Positions 31,301-41,142 are shown, counted from the first letter of the stretch. The stretch: DNA of 64,000 bases from Trueperaceae bacterium (GCA_965215565.1 CBDCDZ010000004.1:224001-288000), one strand, 5' to 3'. The notes: generated from the sequence alone by a model not told the origin. Numbers and translations are program-made.

Positions 31301-31365
31301 CCGAAGCTTCCCAAGTACAGAAGTGTCAATAAAATGGCGAAGCGTAAAGAGTGGCGACTCAACAT
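28306..31365 (-). CDS. Secreted multidomain protein: conjugation-like (VirB9/TraK-type) N-terminus, Ig-like domain, two CBM4/9-like modules, C-terminal alpha/beta domain
   Basis: N-terminus aligns by eye with 53229-54104; two C..G..W/V....Y...FDAYA...C.DN modules. Confidence 0.7.
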   Translation of the reverse strand: MLSRHSLRFAILLTLLYLGSFGAAQTVVAKELDLNTLGNVPAVIEVSPNFLTIIEFEGMSVESAQSGRPDQLVVEPFDNIVTIRAATPETVNTDLFVRVGGRTALFKLVSAPDAENPRRYIVRDKKPFDRGLQGNSLPGGLAKPDNDDVPPPPPGLEFKISAYRPNAEAVVVQYAIVNNTEYPFVNDPQRLRIYQDNVTKYYERIGSPVPGQPGRLSIGDSEPGQIVIPGVPANASSLELEWTLVEVGPGTVYRKTVDLLAALGEKMPDSSDFTAPPSESTAPPTEGTAPPPEGEATAESEAATDSEPLAESELPTANEVDGSGAAPTFASVVTPELQSAGVGEELTFSVEVTAEAGRLEGGILNFEIFASDNVSVEQQFLDNIVLSEGDTLSRTFTWTPPEAGIYTARVGVFRNGWDETLYWNDRASTVTVADSSAEADAARAPETEGDTGAPGRAEDAGAPPTPDAALVREDFEGESAREVWTLHAQVGTESRRIFENGEACANVAEGGEEPWSLGFAQTGIPLEQGQTYLFRFDAYANKPVTFRPAITLSEAPWTEFFGRVETLGPQAESFSYTFEMEQSSEDNRLIFFIGANENTPYSVCFDNVELVQSGAQLSGAADEEATDENAGASADVDSARVVSSAANEDARASIDDTILVSNTFDGKGGTEGWWRYVTEDSGAAAERVAEDGAACLNVARGGEELQDVILGFSKIPLETDRAYRLNFDAYADKPTEIYAAVGIDQAPWANYFGWTERLDAQKKSYEYNFRAPQISEMSRIIFRVGGGSEPYRVCLDNIMLIAENERSSEASNPAQLLDKPSALLVVGADKPNEVDPMFRTRLEQLGWGVTMIDDTLVTDTDLAAAGIVVVSPSVNSDEIDLSLRDVAVPVVTSEEKLFAPLGMTGDAESIYFGESEGYMEVQLTSADHPLRAGLSGAVSVSAGPYGLAWGAPSPNAVVVATVPGDSTKAAVFAYEADAPMIGMTAPERRVGLFHDYEVAYSEDAWALFDAAVRWAAHME

Positions 31366-31445
31366 AGTCAGGTCCTTTGATGAAATTTGCGTGCTGTCTC
31401 GGCGTACTTTTGCGCTCAGCGCGCCCGGTGCGAAGTCCATTGGGG

Positions 31446-31901
31446 TTACTCTAAGAAGTCCAGATTTTGTGCGTTCATCTCGTCAAAGTGCCGCGTAAGC
31501 GCGTAGCGCGTGTTGGGACCCACCTCGGTAAGCCGCCAATAGAACGCTAAATTGTCCGAGTCAACCGGCGCGTCGCGGATAATGACCGCGCCGTACTCGC
31601 TCTCGCCCGCCTTTAGTAGATTGAGTGCGCCTGGCGGCGACGTCCGCACAACTTCTATAGGAACAGGGTCCGCGCCGTAAAGGACAGCAATCTGTTGAGC
31701 ATCGTTAATAATAGGGTTGAGCCCATCGTTGCGGAGTACATACTGCAAGGTGAGCGCGCCGCTGCTCGAGTACGAAAGTGCGCCTTGAAAGAAGAGTCCT
31801 TGGGGCGGACTCGAGCGGTAAAACGTCCCCTGAGCTAGTCCAGCCGAAAGGGTACAGCCGACGATTAAAAGAGCGCTTACAAGCTTCCTGTATATCTTCA
31901 T
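31446..31901 (-). CDS. Secreted protein, stand-alone copy of the second domain of the conjugation-like family
   Basis: QYVLRN..ND.Q..LKAGESEYG..W.L.EVGP matches the 28306 and 53229 proteins. Confidence 0.75.
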   Translation of the reverse strand: MKIYRKLVSALLIVGCTLSAGLAQGTFYRSSPPQGLFFQGALSYSSSGALTLQYVLRNDGLNPIINDAQQIAVLYGADPVPIEVVRTSPPGALNLLKAGESEYGAVIIRDAPVDSDNLAFYWRLTEVGPNTRYALTRHFDEMNAQNLDFLE

Positions 31902-32297
31902 CCGAACCTCCTCGACTCGGTTTTTGTAAGGCACTATATAAAATCTATATCTTGCGCGTATCTTCAAGGGTGGCGCGCTCGAGCTGAGGCAAAAAGGCTA
32001 AAACGTTGCCAAGGGAGGCCATCGGCTTTATCGGACGGCTTCTGGTTGTAGTTGCGCTTTGTCAATACGACGTTGCACATAGAGTGTACGCGGCGTTAAA
32101 GCGTCCCTTTCTATAGATTCACAGCTAAAAAGCAGATTTTGATTCTCCCGATCCAATTATACTTCCGCACAATATGAGATATTTCTGCGCAGTCTCTCAT
32201 AGTATTTAAGGTGCTTTGTTCAGGTGACGCCGCTCGGGTATATCCATCTGGTCACGCTCAATACGCAAAAAGACGAGGTTCGCTTAGGTTGAATATT

Positions 32298-32330
32298 AAA
32301 ACTGAGCAGTGGGGTAAGCCACCGCTCAGT
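32298..32330 (-). terminator. Intrinsic terminator
   Basis: ACTGAGCGGTGG-CTTACC-CCACTGCTCAGT-TTT on the minus strand. Confidence 0.7.
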
Positions 32331-32335
32331 AGGGT

Positions 32336-32545
32336 CTACCCGCTACGGGTAACAGGTAGGCATTTATCCAGCCAGTCCTCGAGGCCATAGAAGTGTCTTC
32401 TATGGCTTCTAGCCATCTTGTATAGACGGCTCCGAACTACCGCCACCGAACCGCGTTCGGTGAGGTTTCTGTCGCTCGTCGAAACGAGCGATACGGTGAT
32501 TTCACCGTTCGAGTGCCATTTGACACTCGGCCTTACTTTTTTCAT
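32336..32545 (-). CDS. Small basic hypothetical protein (ORFan)
   Basis: A-rich AAGAAAAGAATG start context; terminator directly after the stop. Confidence 0.55.
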   Translation of the reverse strand: MKKVRPSVKWHSNGEITVSLVSTSDRNLTERGSVAVVRSRLYKMARSHRRHFYGLEDWLDKCLPVTRSG

Positions 32546-33025
32546 TCTTTTCTTGTTAAATTCAACCAAGCGGCCGTGTGGCTACTCCTTGTCCAGGATA
32601 GCAAGGCGTGGCAGCGGAGCGAAAGGTTAGTGACGAAGTTTGCAAAGGAAAATAAAGAGGTGGGGGTGGTGGACTTAAAATAATGAAGTGTCAAGCTCAA
32701 GTGAGCCGCGCTCTACTGTTGTGGTGCACGAGGGTTTTGGGAACTCGGGCGATGATGAGGGTGGAGCCTTTGCGCGCTACGTTTACTGTTGTGATATTCG
32801 TACCCGAAATGGGATGCATTGTGTCAGTTTTGTCCGGCACAAATGTAGCAGCACCTTGTTTCCTCGCTACGTCGTAGGTTAGGCAAACCTACTCAGCGCT
32901 GAATAGATGAGGGCGCGAAGTTTACGAAACAGGCTTCGCGCCCTTATCTGCCTAGCGTGCATCAGCGTTTCTAAACTCTGACTATGCTCTTTTCGTCCTA
33001 ACTTGTACCCGTCCGGTAACTTGGT

Positions 33026-34831
33026 TTAATGTTGCATGTGTTTAGGCGTGCAGTAGGCGGCTGCAGTAGCAGAAGCTAGCTCTCCTCCTTGTGGGCACAG
33101 CTCGCGGTGGAGTGTTTCCGCTGCAACCCTGTCGGGTCCATCGTATTGGGGGCGAAGCTTCAAGGCCGGACCGGGGTAAGGATTATTCACATCTGGTCCA
33201 TGGTTGCTCAGGTAGCCGTTACCGCAGCCGTGCGGCTCGCTACTCTTGTAGTTGACACAGTTGTCGATCCACTGTTGGTTGATATCTGGATGCCAGCCGC
33301 CCCACCAGTCGCCGTGGTTTGAGGCACCTGGGTTAGCGCTAACTTTCTTCGTCATCGGGTCCACATCAGACGCGAGATACCAGCCTGCAGTGCTCTCGTC
33401 TAACTTCAAACGGTAGTAGATGATGTACTGCAGGTGCGGCGTATTTGCTCGCTCCTCGCAGTCGCCCCAGTACCAGTCAAATTTCCTTGGGAGAAACCAA
33501 TTGTCCGGGTTAGATGGGTCCTCTCTATTCCAGCATACAGGAAACTTCACCTGCATCCTCAAGCGTCTGAACTGATGATTTAGGGGGCTCTGGGCGCAGT
33601 CGGGAATAGTATTGCTGGCAGGATTAAAAACTTCGTTTCGCGCATCCGAGCATAAAAAGTTGACTTCGCCGCTCCTCCCTATTCCCAACGTCCCACCTTT
33701 ATCTGCGGATACGTTGTTGCCTTGCTTATCGCCCTTAGCAATCATAGCTGAACCTGGCGGGTACACTATAGAATTCCCATAGCCAAGGTTCTCACCTTTA
33801 TAGTAAATTAGGACGCTTTCCGGAATGCGAACATTACCTTGAGCATCGAATAATGCAGGTACCCAGTAGCCTGTGCGGTTAAGTTCCTGACCGTTACAGG
33901 TGCTGCTGCCGCTATCTTTAAGCGTATCGTAAGTACTGTAAGCGTTCACATCGGTGTTACCGAAATACATGTGCAGGTGTGATGCGCCGGGCTGACCGGG
34001 GTAAACAAGAGGATCATCATAAGCGAAATGCGAGAACCCGCATGTGGTACGAAAAGAGCCCGAGTTCTTGAATGCGACACCCGTTTGGTTGTTGTCAACG
34101 TACTCCTGCCGTGACCCAAAAAGTGGGCTCGTTGCTGGGTCGAGCGGCAGGTCTAGCAGGGGCGTATTGATGAAGGGTGAGTCGTCGTGGTTGCGATTTC
34201 GCACCGAGGCGGATTTGATTAGCTCGAGGTTTTCTTTGTAACTGCCTGTCGTTGGAGCGGGCTTGGGGTTGGCCGGTTGAGTCGGCGTAGTGTTGGGTGG
34301 GTCTGTAGGCGAGCCGCCCGTTGAGGCGGAGCGTAGATTTACGTCGTCGACAAAAACATCTTTACCTGACTGACCTGCGTAAAAGATGAGTTGCTGGTTG
34401 TTCGAAGCGCTCGCTGTAAAGGTGTAAGAGAAGGTCTTGGTTGAGGTGGCGAGGTTAAGCGTTTCATTCCACGAGTCTTGATAGTTTGAGTTGTTCCTTG
34501 TAGCAACTTGAAGTGGACGGTTAGCCGTCGCTTTGGCTTTGAAGCTCAAGGTGTAACGTTCACCCTGCTGCACCGCTACGTTTTGGTAGAGTTGCGCTTT
34601 CCACGGTGTTCCGTCCGAGTTTTGGATGTTGAGTTTGCCCATGCCGTTTTCGGTGACGAGTCGCCCGGTCATCGGAGAGTCGGCGTAAAATGACCAATTA
34701 CTCGCGCCGTTAAAGCTACCGTTCTTGACGAGATTTTGGGCGGTTGGCTCGAGGGTTTCTGGCTCGACTTGCGAACAGGCCACGAGAGCGAGTAAGGCAA
34801 AAAGATAGGTTAGATGCGTTTTTATCTTCAC
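33026..34831 (-). CDS. Lipoprotein with CBM4/9-like module and DUF1996-like domain
   Basis: Lipobox LVAC; NLVKNGSF CBM; FRTTC..DDPLVYPGQPGASHLH.YFGN, NRTGYWVP, HGDWW. Confidence 0.85.
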   Translation of the reverse strand: MKIKTHLTYLFALLALVACSQVEPETLEPTAQNLVKNGSFNGASNWSFYADSPMTGRLVTENGMGKLNIQNSDGTPWKAQLYQNVAVQQGERYTLSFKAKATANRPLQVATRNNSNYQDSWNETLNLATSTKTFSYTFTASASNNQQLIFYAGQSGKDVFVDDVNLRSASTGGSPTDPPNTTPTQPANPKPAPTTGSYKENLELIKSASVRNRNHDDSPFINTPLLDLPLDPATSPLFGSRQEYVDNNQTGVAFKNSGSFRTTCGFSHFAYDDPLVYPGQPGASHLHMYFGNTDVNAYSTYDTLKDSGSSTCNGQELNRTGYWVPALFDAQGNVRIPESVLIYYKGENLGYGNSIVYPPGSAMIAKGDKQGNNVSADKGGTLGIGRSGEVNFLCSDARNEVFNPASNTIPDCAQSPLNHQFRRLRMQVKFPVCWNREDPSNPDNWFLPRKFDWYWGDCEERANTPHLQYIIYYRLKLDESTAGWYLASDVDPMTKKVSANPGASNHGDWWGGWHPDINQQWIDNCVNYKSSEPHGCGNGYLSNHGPDVNNPYPGPALKLRPQYDGPDRVAAETLHRELCPQGGELASATAAAYCTPKHMQH

Positions 34832-35350
34832 GGTTATCGTCCTCCCATAGAATAGTGTCCTAAACTAACTCGGTGTAGATTCGTCCTGTTACATCAGCGA
34901 CCTCCCCAGCACGCTGTAAAGGGCACGCCTGCTACGCTGTTACGTCCACCACATACCCGACAGGTGTATCCATTCGCGGGTGCCAGATGCGAGTATAGGT
35001 AGAGCGCTCCAGCCGATGTAACGCTAAGCTTTTTCTCATCGAGTATCACCGGCACTTTGAAGCGCGGAAGAATTGAGAGATGTGTCACGGTATTGAGTAG
35101 AAGAAGCGCGCGGTGTGGCAATGCCGATTGACATCTACGTAAGATGACGTACGTCTTAGTGAGCTTAGGCTTTAGATTTAAGAGGGATGTCCGAGCTTTG
35201 ACGAGGGTGATACGCGCCGCTTCTGAGCCTCGAGACGTGCGTCCTCACCCCATCATCTACACGGGTATTTCACAAAGGTGAGCACGCAAAGAGAGGACAC
35301 GAACGCCGTGCCCTCTAGGTCCTCTTAGACGCACTTGCGGCGTTTAACCT

Positions 35351-35953
35351 TTAGTTGCTCGCCCTAAGCTCGACATCGTCCAAGCAGATAGTCACGGGCG
35401 CAGCGCTGGCGAATTCACCACCCGTACTCAAGCTGACGCGACCTTCGTTTGCGCTTTCAGTGACCTCAGCGGCGAGCGTGTAGTCGGTCCGGTTGTTGGT
35501 GAGCGCGAACATCTGCTCGCTTAGTGAGGTGTAGTCGTTGCCGTCCTCTTCCAAAGCCGCTCGTATCTGAACGGGTTTGTTGGCGTAGGCATTAAAAGAG
35601 AGCGTGTAACGTTCGCCTGAGCGCAAGGAGAGACCGCCCTGAACGACTTGAGAGTTCCAGACGGCGTCGCCCGCGCTCTCGATGTCGAGGCAGAGTTCGC
35701 CGTAAGAGAAGCTGCTCTCGCCCTGCGCCGCCTCGAGAAAGTACGCGCCCCACCCATCCTCACGGTTGAAAGACGAGTTTTGCAAGAGGTTGGGACCCTC
35801 GGCCGCCTCGCTACTCGCTGCACTATTTGCCATATCATCCGCCGCGCCGCCCGTTGTTCCGCCCACTGTCCCACCTGCTTCTGTTTGTGGCGCGCAGGCG
35901 CTAAGACCTAAAAGAGCAGTGAGTAAAAGGGCGGTTATGTAGGTTGACTTCAT
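35351..35953 (-). CDS. Lipoprotein with a single CBM4/9-like module
   Basis: Lipobox LSAC; NLLQNSSF..LCLDI..W..Q..YTLSFNAYA..ICLDDVEL. Confidence 0.82.
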   Translation of the reverse strand: MKSTYITALLLTALLGLSACAPQTEAGGTVGGTTGGAADDMANSAASSEAAEGPNLLQNSSFNREDGWGAYFLEAAQGESSFSYGELCLDIESAGDAVWNSQVVQGGLSLRSGERYTLSFNAYANKPVQIRAALEEDGNDYTSLSEQMFALTNNRTDYTLAAEVTESANEGRVSLSTGGEFASAAPVTICLDDVELRASN

Positions 35954-36071
35954 GTTCGAACCTCCTCGATAAGGTTGCTTGATAGACGCTCTAAAAATGC
36001 TCATAGGGGTTTTATAGGTTGCCTTTCGGAATAATAGGGTGCGGCGACTTCGTCGGGCCGCCGCTCTAAGA

Positions 36072-36665
36072 TTACTCGTCCGCTGCACCATCTTGGACGC
36101 GCACCTCGATGTTATCGAGGCAGAGCGTGACGGGCGTCGTGCTCACGAGGTCGCCGCCCGTGCTCAAGATAATGCGGTTATTGTCGGCTGCCTCCTCTAC
36201 GGTCCCGGTGAATTCGTAGCTGGTCAGCGCGTCCGTAAGTTCGAACGTTTCTCCCGCCAAGGCGGTGTAGTCGTCGCCCTCCTCCTCGAGCAAAACGCGC
36301 ATCTGAAGGCTCTGGTCCGCTTTCGCGTCGAAGCGCGTTGTGTAAGTTGTCCCTACCTCGAGCCCTAGCTCGCTCTGCACAACCTGAATTTGCCACACGT
36401 CGCTGCCTCCATCAGTGATGTCGAGACAAAGCTCGCCCTCCCTGAGTTCGGCTTCACCCTGGGCTGTCTCGAGAAAATAGGACGCCCAGCCTTCGAGCGT
36501 GTCGAACTCACCGTTCTGGACGAGGTTGGGCGATTCTTCGGGTTCGGGCTCAGGCGCAGGTTCTTCAACGGGCTCCGAGGGGGGAGGTGGCGTGTCGGTT
36601 TGAAAGCAAGCGCTCAGTGTCAAGATGGTGGCGGCGGCGAGGAGGCGTAAAAATACCGATTTCAT
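36072..36665 (-). CDS. Lipoprotein with a single CBM4/9-like module (paralogue of 35351-35953)
   Basis: Lipobox LSAC; GWASYFLETAQGE vs GWGAYFLEAAQGE; LEEEGDDYT vs LEEDGNDYT. Confidence 0.82.
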   Translation of the reverse strand: MKSVFLRLLAAATILTLSACFQTDTPPPPSEPVEEPAPEPEPEESPNLVQNGEFDTLEGWASYFLETAQGEAELREGELCLDITDGGSDVWQIQVVQSELGLEVGTTYTTRFDAKADQSLQMRVLLEEEGDDYTALAGETFELTDALTSYEFTGTVEEAADNNRIILSTGGDLVSTTPVTLCLDNIEVRVQDGAADE

Positions 36666-37071
36666 AACTTGAATCCTTTCAAAGTGTTTTTGCGTTGACC
36701 GCTTATATGTCAAGGTTCCTTTTATGTGCCGAGACCCCTCTTCCTATCAAGTGGCACACCACATAGCCAAAAGCGTACCTTGCTAGAGAGGCGCAGTTGG
36801 ATTTTATGAGAATTCTCAGCCGTGATTCGGGAACCTCGTGCGAGCGAAGCGTAGGAGGCGGTTGGCGCAGTGGGTAGCGTGACCCACAACCTGACAGACG
36901 ACAAACGGCTAATAGATAGGCGACGATTGGACAGTGGATAGCCCCTTCCTGACAGAACAAATTAGTTAATTTACGTTGCCCATCATACGAACGGATAATG
37001 TGAAAAATGTGTGATTTTCTGTGCTGCCTCAGTCGCTTTGAGCGGCGCGTTGACGGGCGTAAAACGCGCCG

Positions 37072-38169
37072 TTAAAAGCGCGACTTGTAAACTTTTTCGG
37101 TGAAGTCGAGCCAGGTGACTCTGGCGTTGGCTTGTCCTCGCCACCCCGGGGGCGGCTCGAGGCAGAGTTCGAAGTAGGCGGACTCGCCCTTGGCGATAGG
37201 GCCTTCCACCTCGCCCAAAACGAAGCGCTGAGCGCGTGTCTCTCCTCGCACCTCGAAGTCGACGACGACGGTGGCGGTGCGCAGATCATAAGCTTCGTTG
37301 CGCAGCGAGAGCGAGGCGCGCGTCTGACACGTGTCGCCTGAACCGAGCGTGAAGTCGGTGAGTCGGACGCGCGCTAGGTGCGGCAGCATCCGGCGACCTC
37401 GGCTCGCGGTGCGCGTGACGGCGGCTCGGGTCTCGCTATCTAAATTTGCAGCGAAGCGTCCTACTTCGGCTAGGAGGTCCTGCGCCTCCTGGAGCGCGCC
37501 GTCTGCGGCGAGCGTTTCGGCGCTCGCGAGCGCCGCCTCGACGCGCCACAAAGGGTAGGTAACGCGCCACGCGCCCTCCTCCTGGATCAGCTTGAAGCGG
37601 TGCCGCGTCTCTTTGAGGGGCGGCTGGCGCAAGTTACGCAGCGCTTGCGCCAGGCGCTGTTCCTGAACGACGCTGAGCGGGGCGTCAGGACGCCCGAGCG
37701 CCGCCGTGAACGTCCCTCCTAAACTCCGGTAGTCGGGTGCTACGAGCCGCGCGGTGGCGGCGGCGTAAGTCTCTGCGCGCACCACCTCGCTCACCTCGGT
37801 GAAGGCGACGCCCTCTTGCGCCGCCTCAGCATCCGTGATTACCTCAAGGCGCGCGCCGCCATACTGCGAGAAGAAGAGGTGCGGGTAAAGCTCGAAGCGC
37901 ACCCGCGACGAGAACGCCTCCTCGCTGATGACCTCTCTGTCGCCGCTGCTCAAGTAGCGGTACGCCCGCCCTACCTCTCCCGTTTGCAGGACTCGCCAAT
38001 AGTCCTCGGCGGTCTTTTCAAGCGGCGTTTGCGAACTGCAGGCGCTCAAGTAAAGAAAGGCGAGGAGCCACCCGAGTCGGTTGAGAGAGGGTGAAGCAGT
38101 GAACCGGACGGCACGCCGGGCTATCCGGCGAGCCAAGTCGAAAGTTTGAGAAAGGACCGTGATGCTCAT
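37072..38169 (-). CDS. Hypothetical lipoprotein
   Basis: Lipobox LSAC; AYRYLS...EGAWRV (NTF2/DUF4878-like by eye). Confidence 0.65.
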   Translation of the reverse strand: MSITVLSQTFDLARRIARRAVRFTASPSLNRLGWLLAFLYLSACSSQTPLEKTAEDYWRVLQTGEVGRAYRYLSSGDREVISEEAFSSRVRFELYPHLFFSQYGGARLEVITDAEAAQEGVAFTEVSEVVRAETYAAATARLVAPDYRSLGGTFTAALGRPDAPLSVVQEQRLAQALRNLRQPPLKETRHRFKLIQEEGAWRVTYPLWRVEAALASAETLAADGALQEAQDLLAEVGRFAANLDSETRAAVTRTASRGRRMLPHLARVRLTDFTLGSGDTCQTRASLSLRNEAYDLRTATVVVDFEVRGETRAQRFVLGEVEGPIAKGESAYFELCLEPPPGWRGQANARVTWLDFTEKVYKSRF

Positions 38170-38226
38170 ACGGGCGCAGTGTAGCGAGGATCAAGAGGGC
38201 GCGTCGGCGCTAATTACCGCCCTTAA

Positions 38227-38269
38227 TGCTTAACGTCCCATTTGCTTAACGTCCCATTCGCTTAACGTC
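38227..38269 (+). repeat. 16-bp tandem direct repeat (about 2.7 copies) in a divergent promoter
   Basis: TGCTTAACGTCCCATT x2 followed by CGCTTAACGTC. Confidence 0.85.
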
Positions 38270-38303
38270 TCGCCGCGCCGCGCCCTGAACTAAGCTATCT
38301 CTC

Positions 38304-41114
38304 ATGCAACCTGAAGCGCCTACACAACCTAAAGCCCCTGCGCAACCTAGAACGATGTGCACGCGATCTACAGCGCGTCCCTACAGCGGATTTCATCACA
38401 AGGTTTTTCATCACAAGGTTGAGACCGCACCCTTCACCGCTGCCAAGTTGGGTTGGCTGAGCGGCGTGCTGCTCCTTGCGCTGCTTATGGGTTGCGGCTC
38501 GAGCCGCAACCCGCATACCTCCGAAGACATCCTCGTGCCGACGCTCAGCGTGACCGAGACGGACAGTTTCACCTTCAGGTTCGCCGCGCTCGGTCTCGCG
38601 CTAGACCTCTCGCCCGGCGAGCCGTCCGAGGGCGCGGAAGACGAGGGCTACGCCTGGAGTTTTGGCGACGGACAGGGTGCTGCGGGCAGGGTTGCCGAAC
38701 ACACCTACGCCGCCGAAGGGCGCTACGAGGTAACGCTTGAAGTCACCGACGCGAACGGGGCGCGCTACACGTTGACGCGCTACGTCTACGCCCGCCCGCT
38801 CGCCCTGAGTCTCTCCTCAGATGCAACGGACCTCGCCCAGAACCGGACGTTCACCTTCCGAAACGTGACGGACGCGCCGCTGACCTGGAGCCTAGACGCC
38901 GAGCCTGACCCGGCGAACCCCAGTCCGGGCGGGTGGTTTGAGGCGCGCCCTGAAAGGGGCACGCTCGCTAGAGGCGAGCGCGTCACGCTCAACCTCACAC
39001 CTGACCCCGGACTCGAGCCGGGGTTTTACTTGTCGACGCTGAGCGTCGTGCACCCCGGAGGCTCGCTCGAGTTCGACGTCGCCGCGCAGCTCGGTCCCGC
39101 ACAGCCGCGCGTGTCGCTGTCCGTGCCCCGCGCTGTGGTGACGCAGGGGCGCAGCGAGGCGGACCTCAGCGTGTGGGTCAGCGGCTTTGCAGAGAGCGCC
39201 TATCTGAGCCTGGAAAACCCGCCGCCCGAGTTGCAACTGCGCCTGCCTGATCCTAAAATCTCCGACACCGAAGCGGGGCTCTTGAGCGTATCGCCCACCC
39301 TGGACGCGCCGCTAGGCGAGCACGTGGTTACGCTCAGCGCGCAGAGCGGTGAGGCGCAAGAGAGGCGAGCGAGCGTCACGCTCATCGTCGAGGTGCTGGC
39401 GCGGGGCGCAGGGCGCGCGCGCGTCAGCGGGCAAGTCGTAACCGAAAATGCAGCCATTCGCATTCCGGTAGATGAGAGCGGGGCCGAACTGAGTGGAGCG
39501 GGGCAGAGCGGGGCGGGGCAGAGTGTCATGACTATCTCTCCAACTGTGAGCCGAGCGCGACCCGCTTTCGTGCTGGGACAACTTCTGCTCAGCTACCGAG
39601 AAGAGGTCCAAGCTGCGAATGCAGAGTGGCGCGGCGCGTTTCTCGAGCGTCAAACCCGGCGCGCCGCACTCGTCGCTGAGTTAGAACGCACCTACGGCTT
39701 TGACGTAGTTGCATCTCTGGGACGCGCCGCCGAGCCGGGTCACGTCGATCTCGTGACACTCGCGCCGGGGCAAGACGTATTGCGAATGGCGGCGAAGCTC
39801 GCCCGCGATCCGCGCATCGCGCACGCGGAGCCGAACTACTACGTAGACGCAGCTTCGGCGACTTCGGCTGCCGAGCATTCGGGTCTGCCCGATGACCCTC
39901 TGCTGTTCGAGCAGTGGGCGCTAGCCGCAGCAGGTATCCCCGCCGCTTGGAGCGCTATTGACGCGGGCGCAGTCTCCGCTGATGTGCCCGCCGATGTAAC
40001 CGTCGCCGTGCTCGACACAGGCTTCGATCTCACTCACCCTGACCTCGCCGCGCAATTTTTGCCGGGTATTGACTTTTGTGCGGGCGAAATGGCGTGCGGC
40101 ACCCAAATGGACGATGACCCAAGTTACAGCAACCCTTCCAACGGGCACGGTACGCACGTCGCGGGCATCATCGGCGCAGTTCCTGATAACGGCGTAGGTG
40201 TCGCAGGCGTCGCGCCCAACGCTCGCCTCTTGCCCGTCAAGGTCTTCGACGATTTTGGCGAAGGCGCGACCGCGGCGGCGCTGATTCAGGCTATCCGTTG
40301 GTCTGCCGGGCTCAGCGTCTCGGGTGCCCCCACCAACGTTCACCCTGCTGATATTATCAACATAAGCCTGGGCGGATTGTTTGGTAGTGCGGCTGTTCAA
40401 AAGGCGGTAGACGAAGCCCGCGACGCAGGCGCACTGGTCATCGCGGCAACCGGCAACAACGACCTCGCAGGTGTTGTGCGGACGCCCGCCGCCGCCGAGG
40501 GTGTACTCGGGGTAGGCGCGGTCAACACTCGTTTCGAGCGGGCGTGCTTCTCGAACTATGGTCAAAAGGGTGTTTACGGTCCCGGTGGTGTAGACCTTAT
40601 GGCTCCGGGTGGAGGCTGCAATGGACTCGGCGTGCTCAGCACGTGGCCGGACGGTTACAGCGAGCAAGCGGGCACCTCGATGGCGACGCCCATCGTCTCG
40701 GGTCTCGCCGCGCTCATGTTAGCCGAACAACCCGAGTTGAGCGTGGCGCAACTTGAGCGCAACCTCCTAGACGCTGCCTACTTCGACGTTGAGTTTATGG
40801 ACACTTACGAATACGGCGCAGGCGTCATCCGCGCCGAGCGGCTCTTGGGCCTGCCTAGCCCCGGCGACGAGGTCACGGTTGCCGCGAGTGCGACGTCTGA
40901 TGGCGAGGACAGTGATGAGGGCGGCGCGGTGGACTACGTCACGCTTGATCTCTACGGAGGCTCGGAGCCCTTCATGCTTAAAGGGCTGCAAGAGGCGCGC
41001 TACACTTTGGAGGTGTCGGCGGGCACGACAAACCGCGCTTACAGCAGCAGCAAGACCCTCGAGCTAGCACTAGGAGAACTCGAGACGACGCTCCCCCTCT
41101 CCTTGAACCCTTAA
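38304..41114 (+). CDS. S8 subtilisin-like serine protease, lipoprotein, with PKD and Ig-like domains
   Basis: VAVLDTG, HGTHVAG, GTSMATP triad; WSFGDG PKD; lipobox LMGC. Confidence 0.92.
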   Translation: MQPEAPTQPKAPAQPRTMCTRSTARPYSGFHHKVFHHKVETAPFTAAKLGWLSGVLLLALLMGCGSSRNPHTSEDILVPTLSVTETDSFTFRFAALGLALDLSPGEPSEGAEDEGYAWSFGDGQGAAGRVAEHTYAAEGRYEVTLEVTDANGARYTLTRYVYARPLALSLSSDATDLAQNRTFTFRNVTDAPLTWSLDAEPDPANPSPGGWFEARPERGTLARGERVTLNLTPDPGLEPGFYLSTLSVVHPGGSLEFDVAAQLGPAQPRVSLSVPRAVVTQGRSEADLSVWVSGFAESAYLSLENPPPELQLRLPDPKISDTEAGLLSVSPTLDAPLGEHVVTLSAQSGEAQERRASVTLIVEVLARGAGRARVSGQVVTENAAIRIPVDESGAELSGAGQSGAGQSVMTISPTVSRARPAFVLGQLLLSYREEVQAANAEWRGAFLERQTRRAALVAELERTYGFDVVASLGRAAEPGHVDLVTLAPGQDVLRMAAKLARDPRIAHAEPNYYVDAASATSAAEHSGLPDDPLLFEQWALAAAGIPAAWSAIDAGAVSADVPADVTVAVLDTGFDLTHPDLAAQFLPGIDFCAGEMACGTQMDDDPSYSNPSNGHGTHVAGIIGAVPDNGVGVAGVAPNARLLPVKVFDDFGEGATAAALIQAIRWSAGLSVSGAPTNVHPADIINISLGGLFGSAAVQKAVDEARDAGALVIAATGNNDLAGVVRTPAAAEGVLGVGAVNTRFERACFSNYGQKGVYGPGGVDLMAPGGGCNGLGVLSTWPDGYSEQAGTSMATPIVSGLAALMLAEQPELSVAQLERNLLDAAYFDVEFMDTYEYGAGVIRAERLLGLPSPGDEVTVAASATSDGEDSDEGGAVDYVTLDLYGGSEPFMLKGLQEARYTLEVSAGTTNRAYSSSKTLELALGELETTLPLSLNP

Positions 41115-41142
41115 ACGGTACTGAAAGTTCGCGCTTTGGACT

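Noticed and set aside
34832..35350. Riboswitch upstream of the DUF1996/CBM gene; also 36713-37030
   Set aside because: No known aptamer consensus recognised; only short palindromes such as TGAGAATTCTCA.
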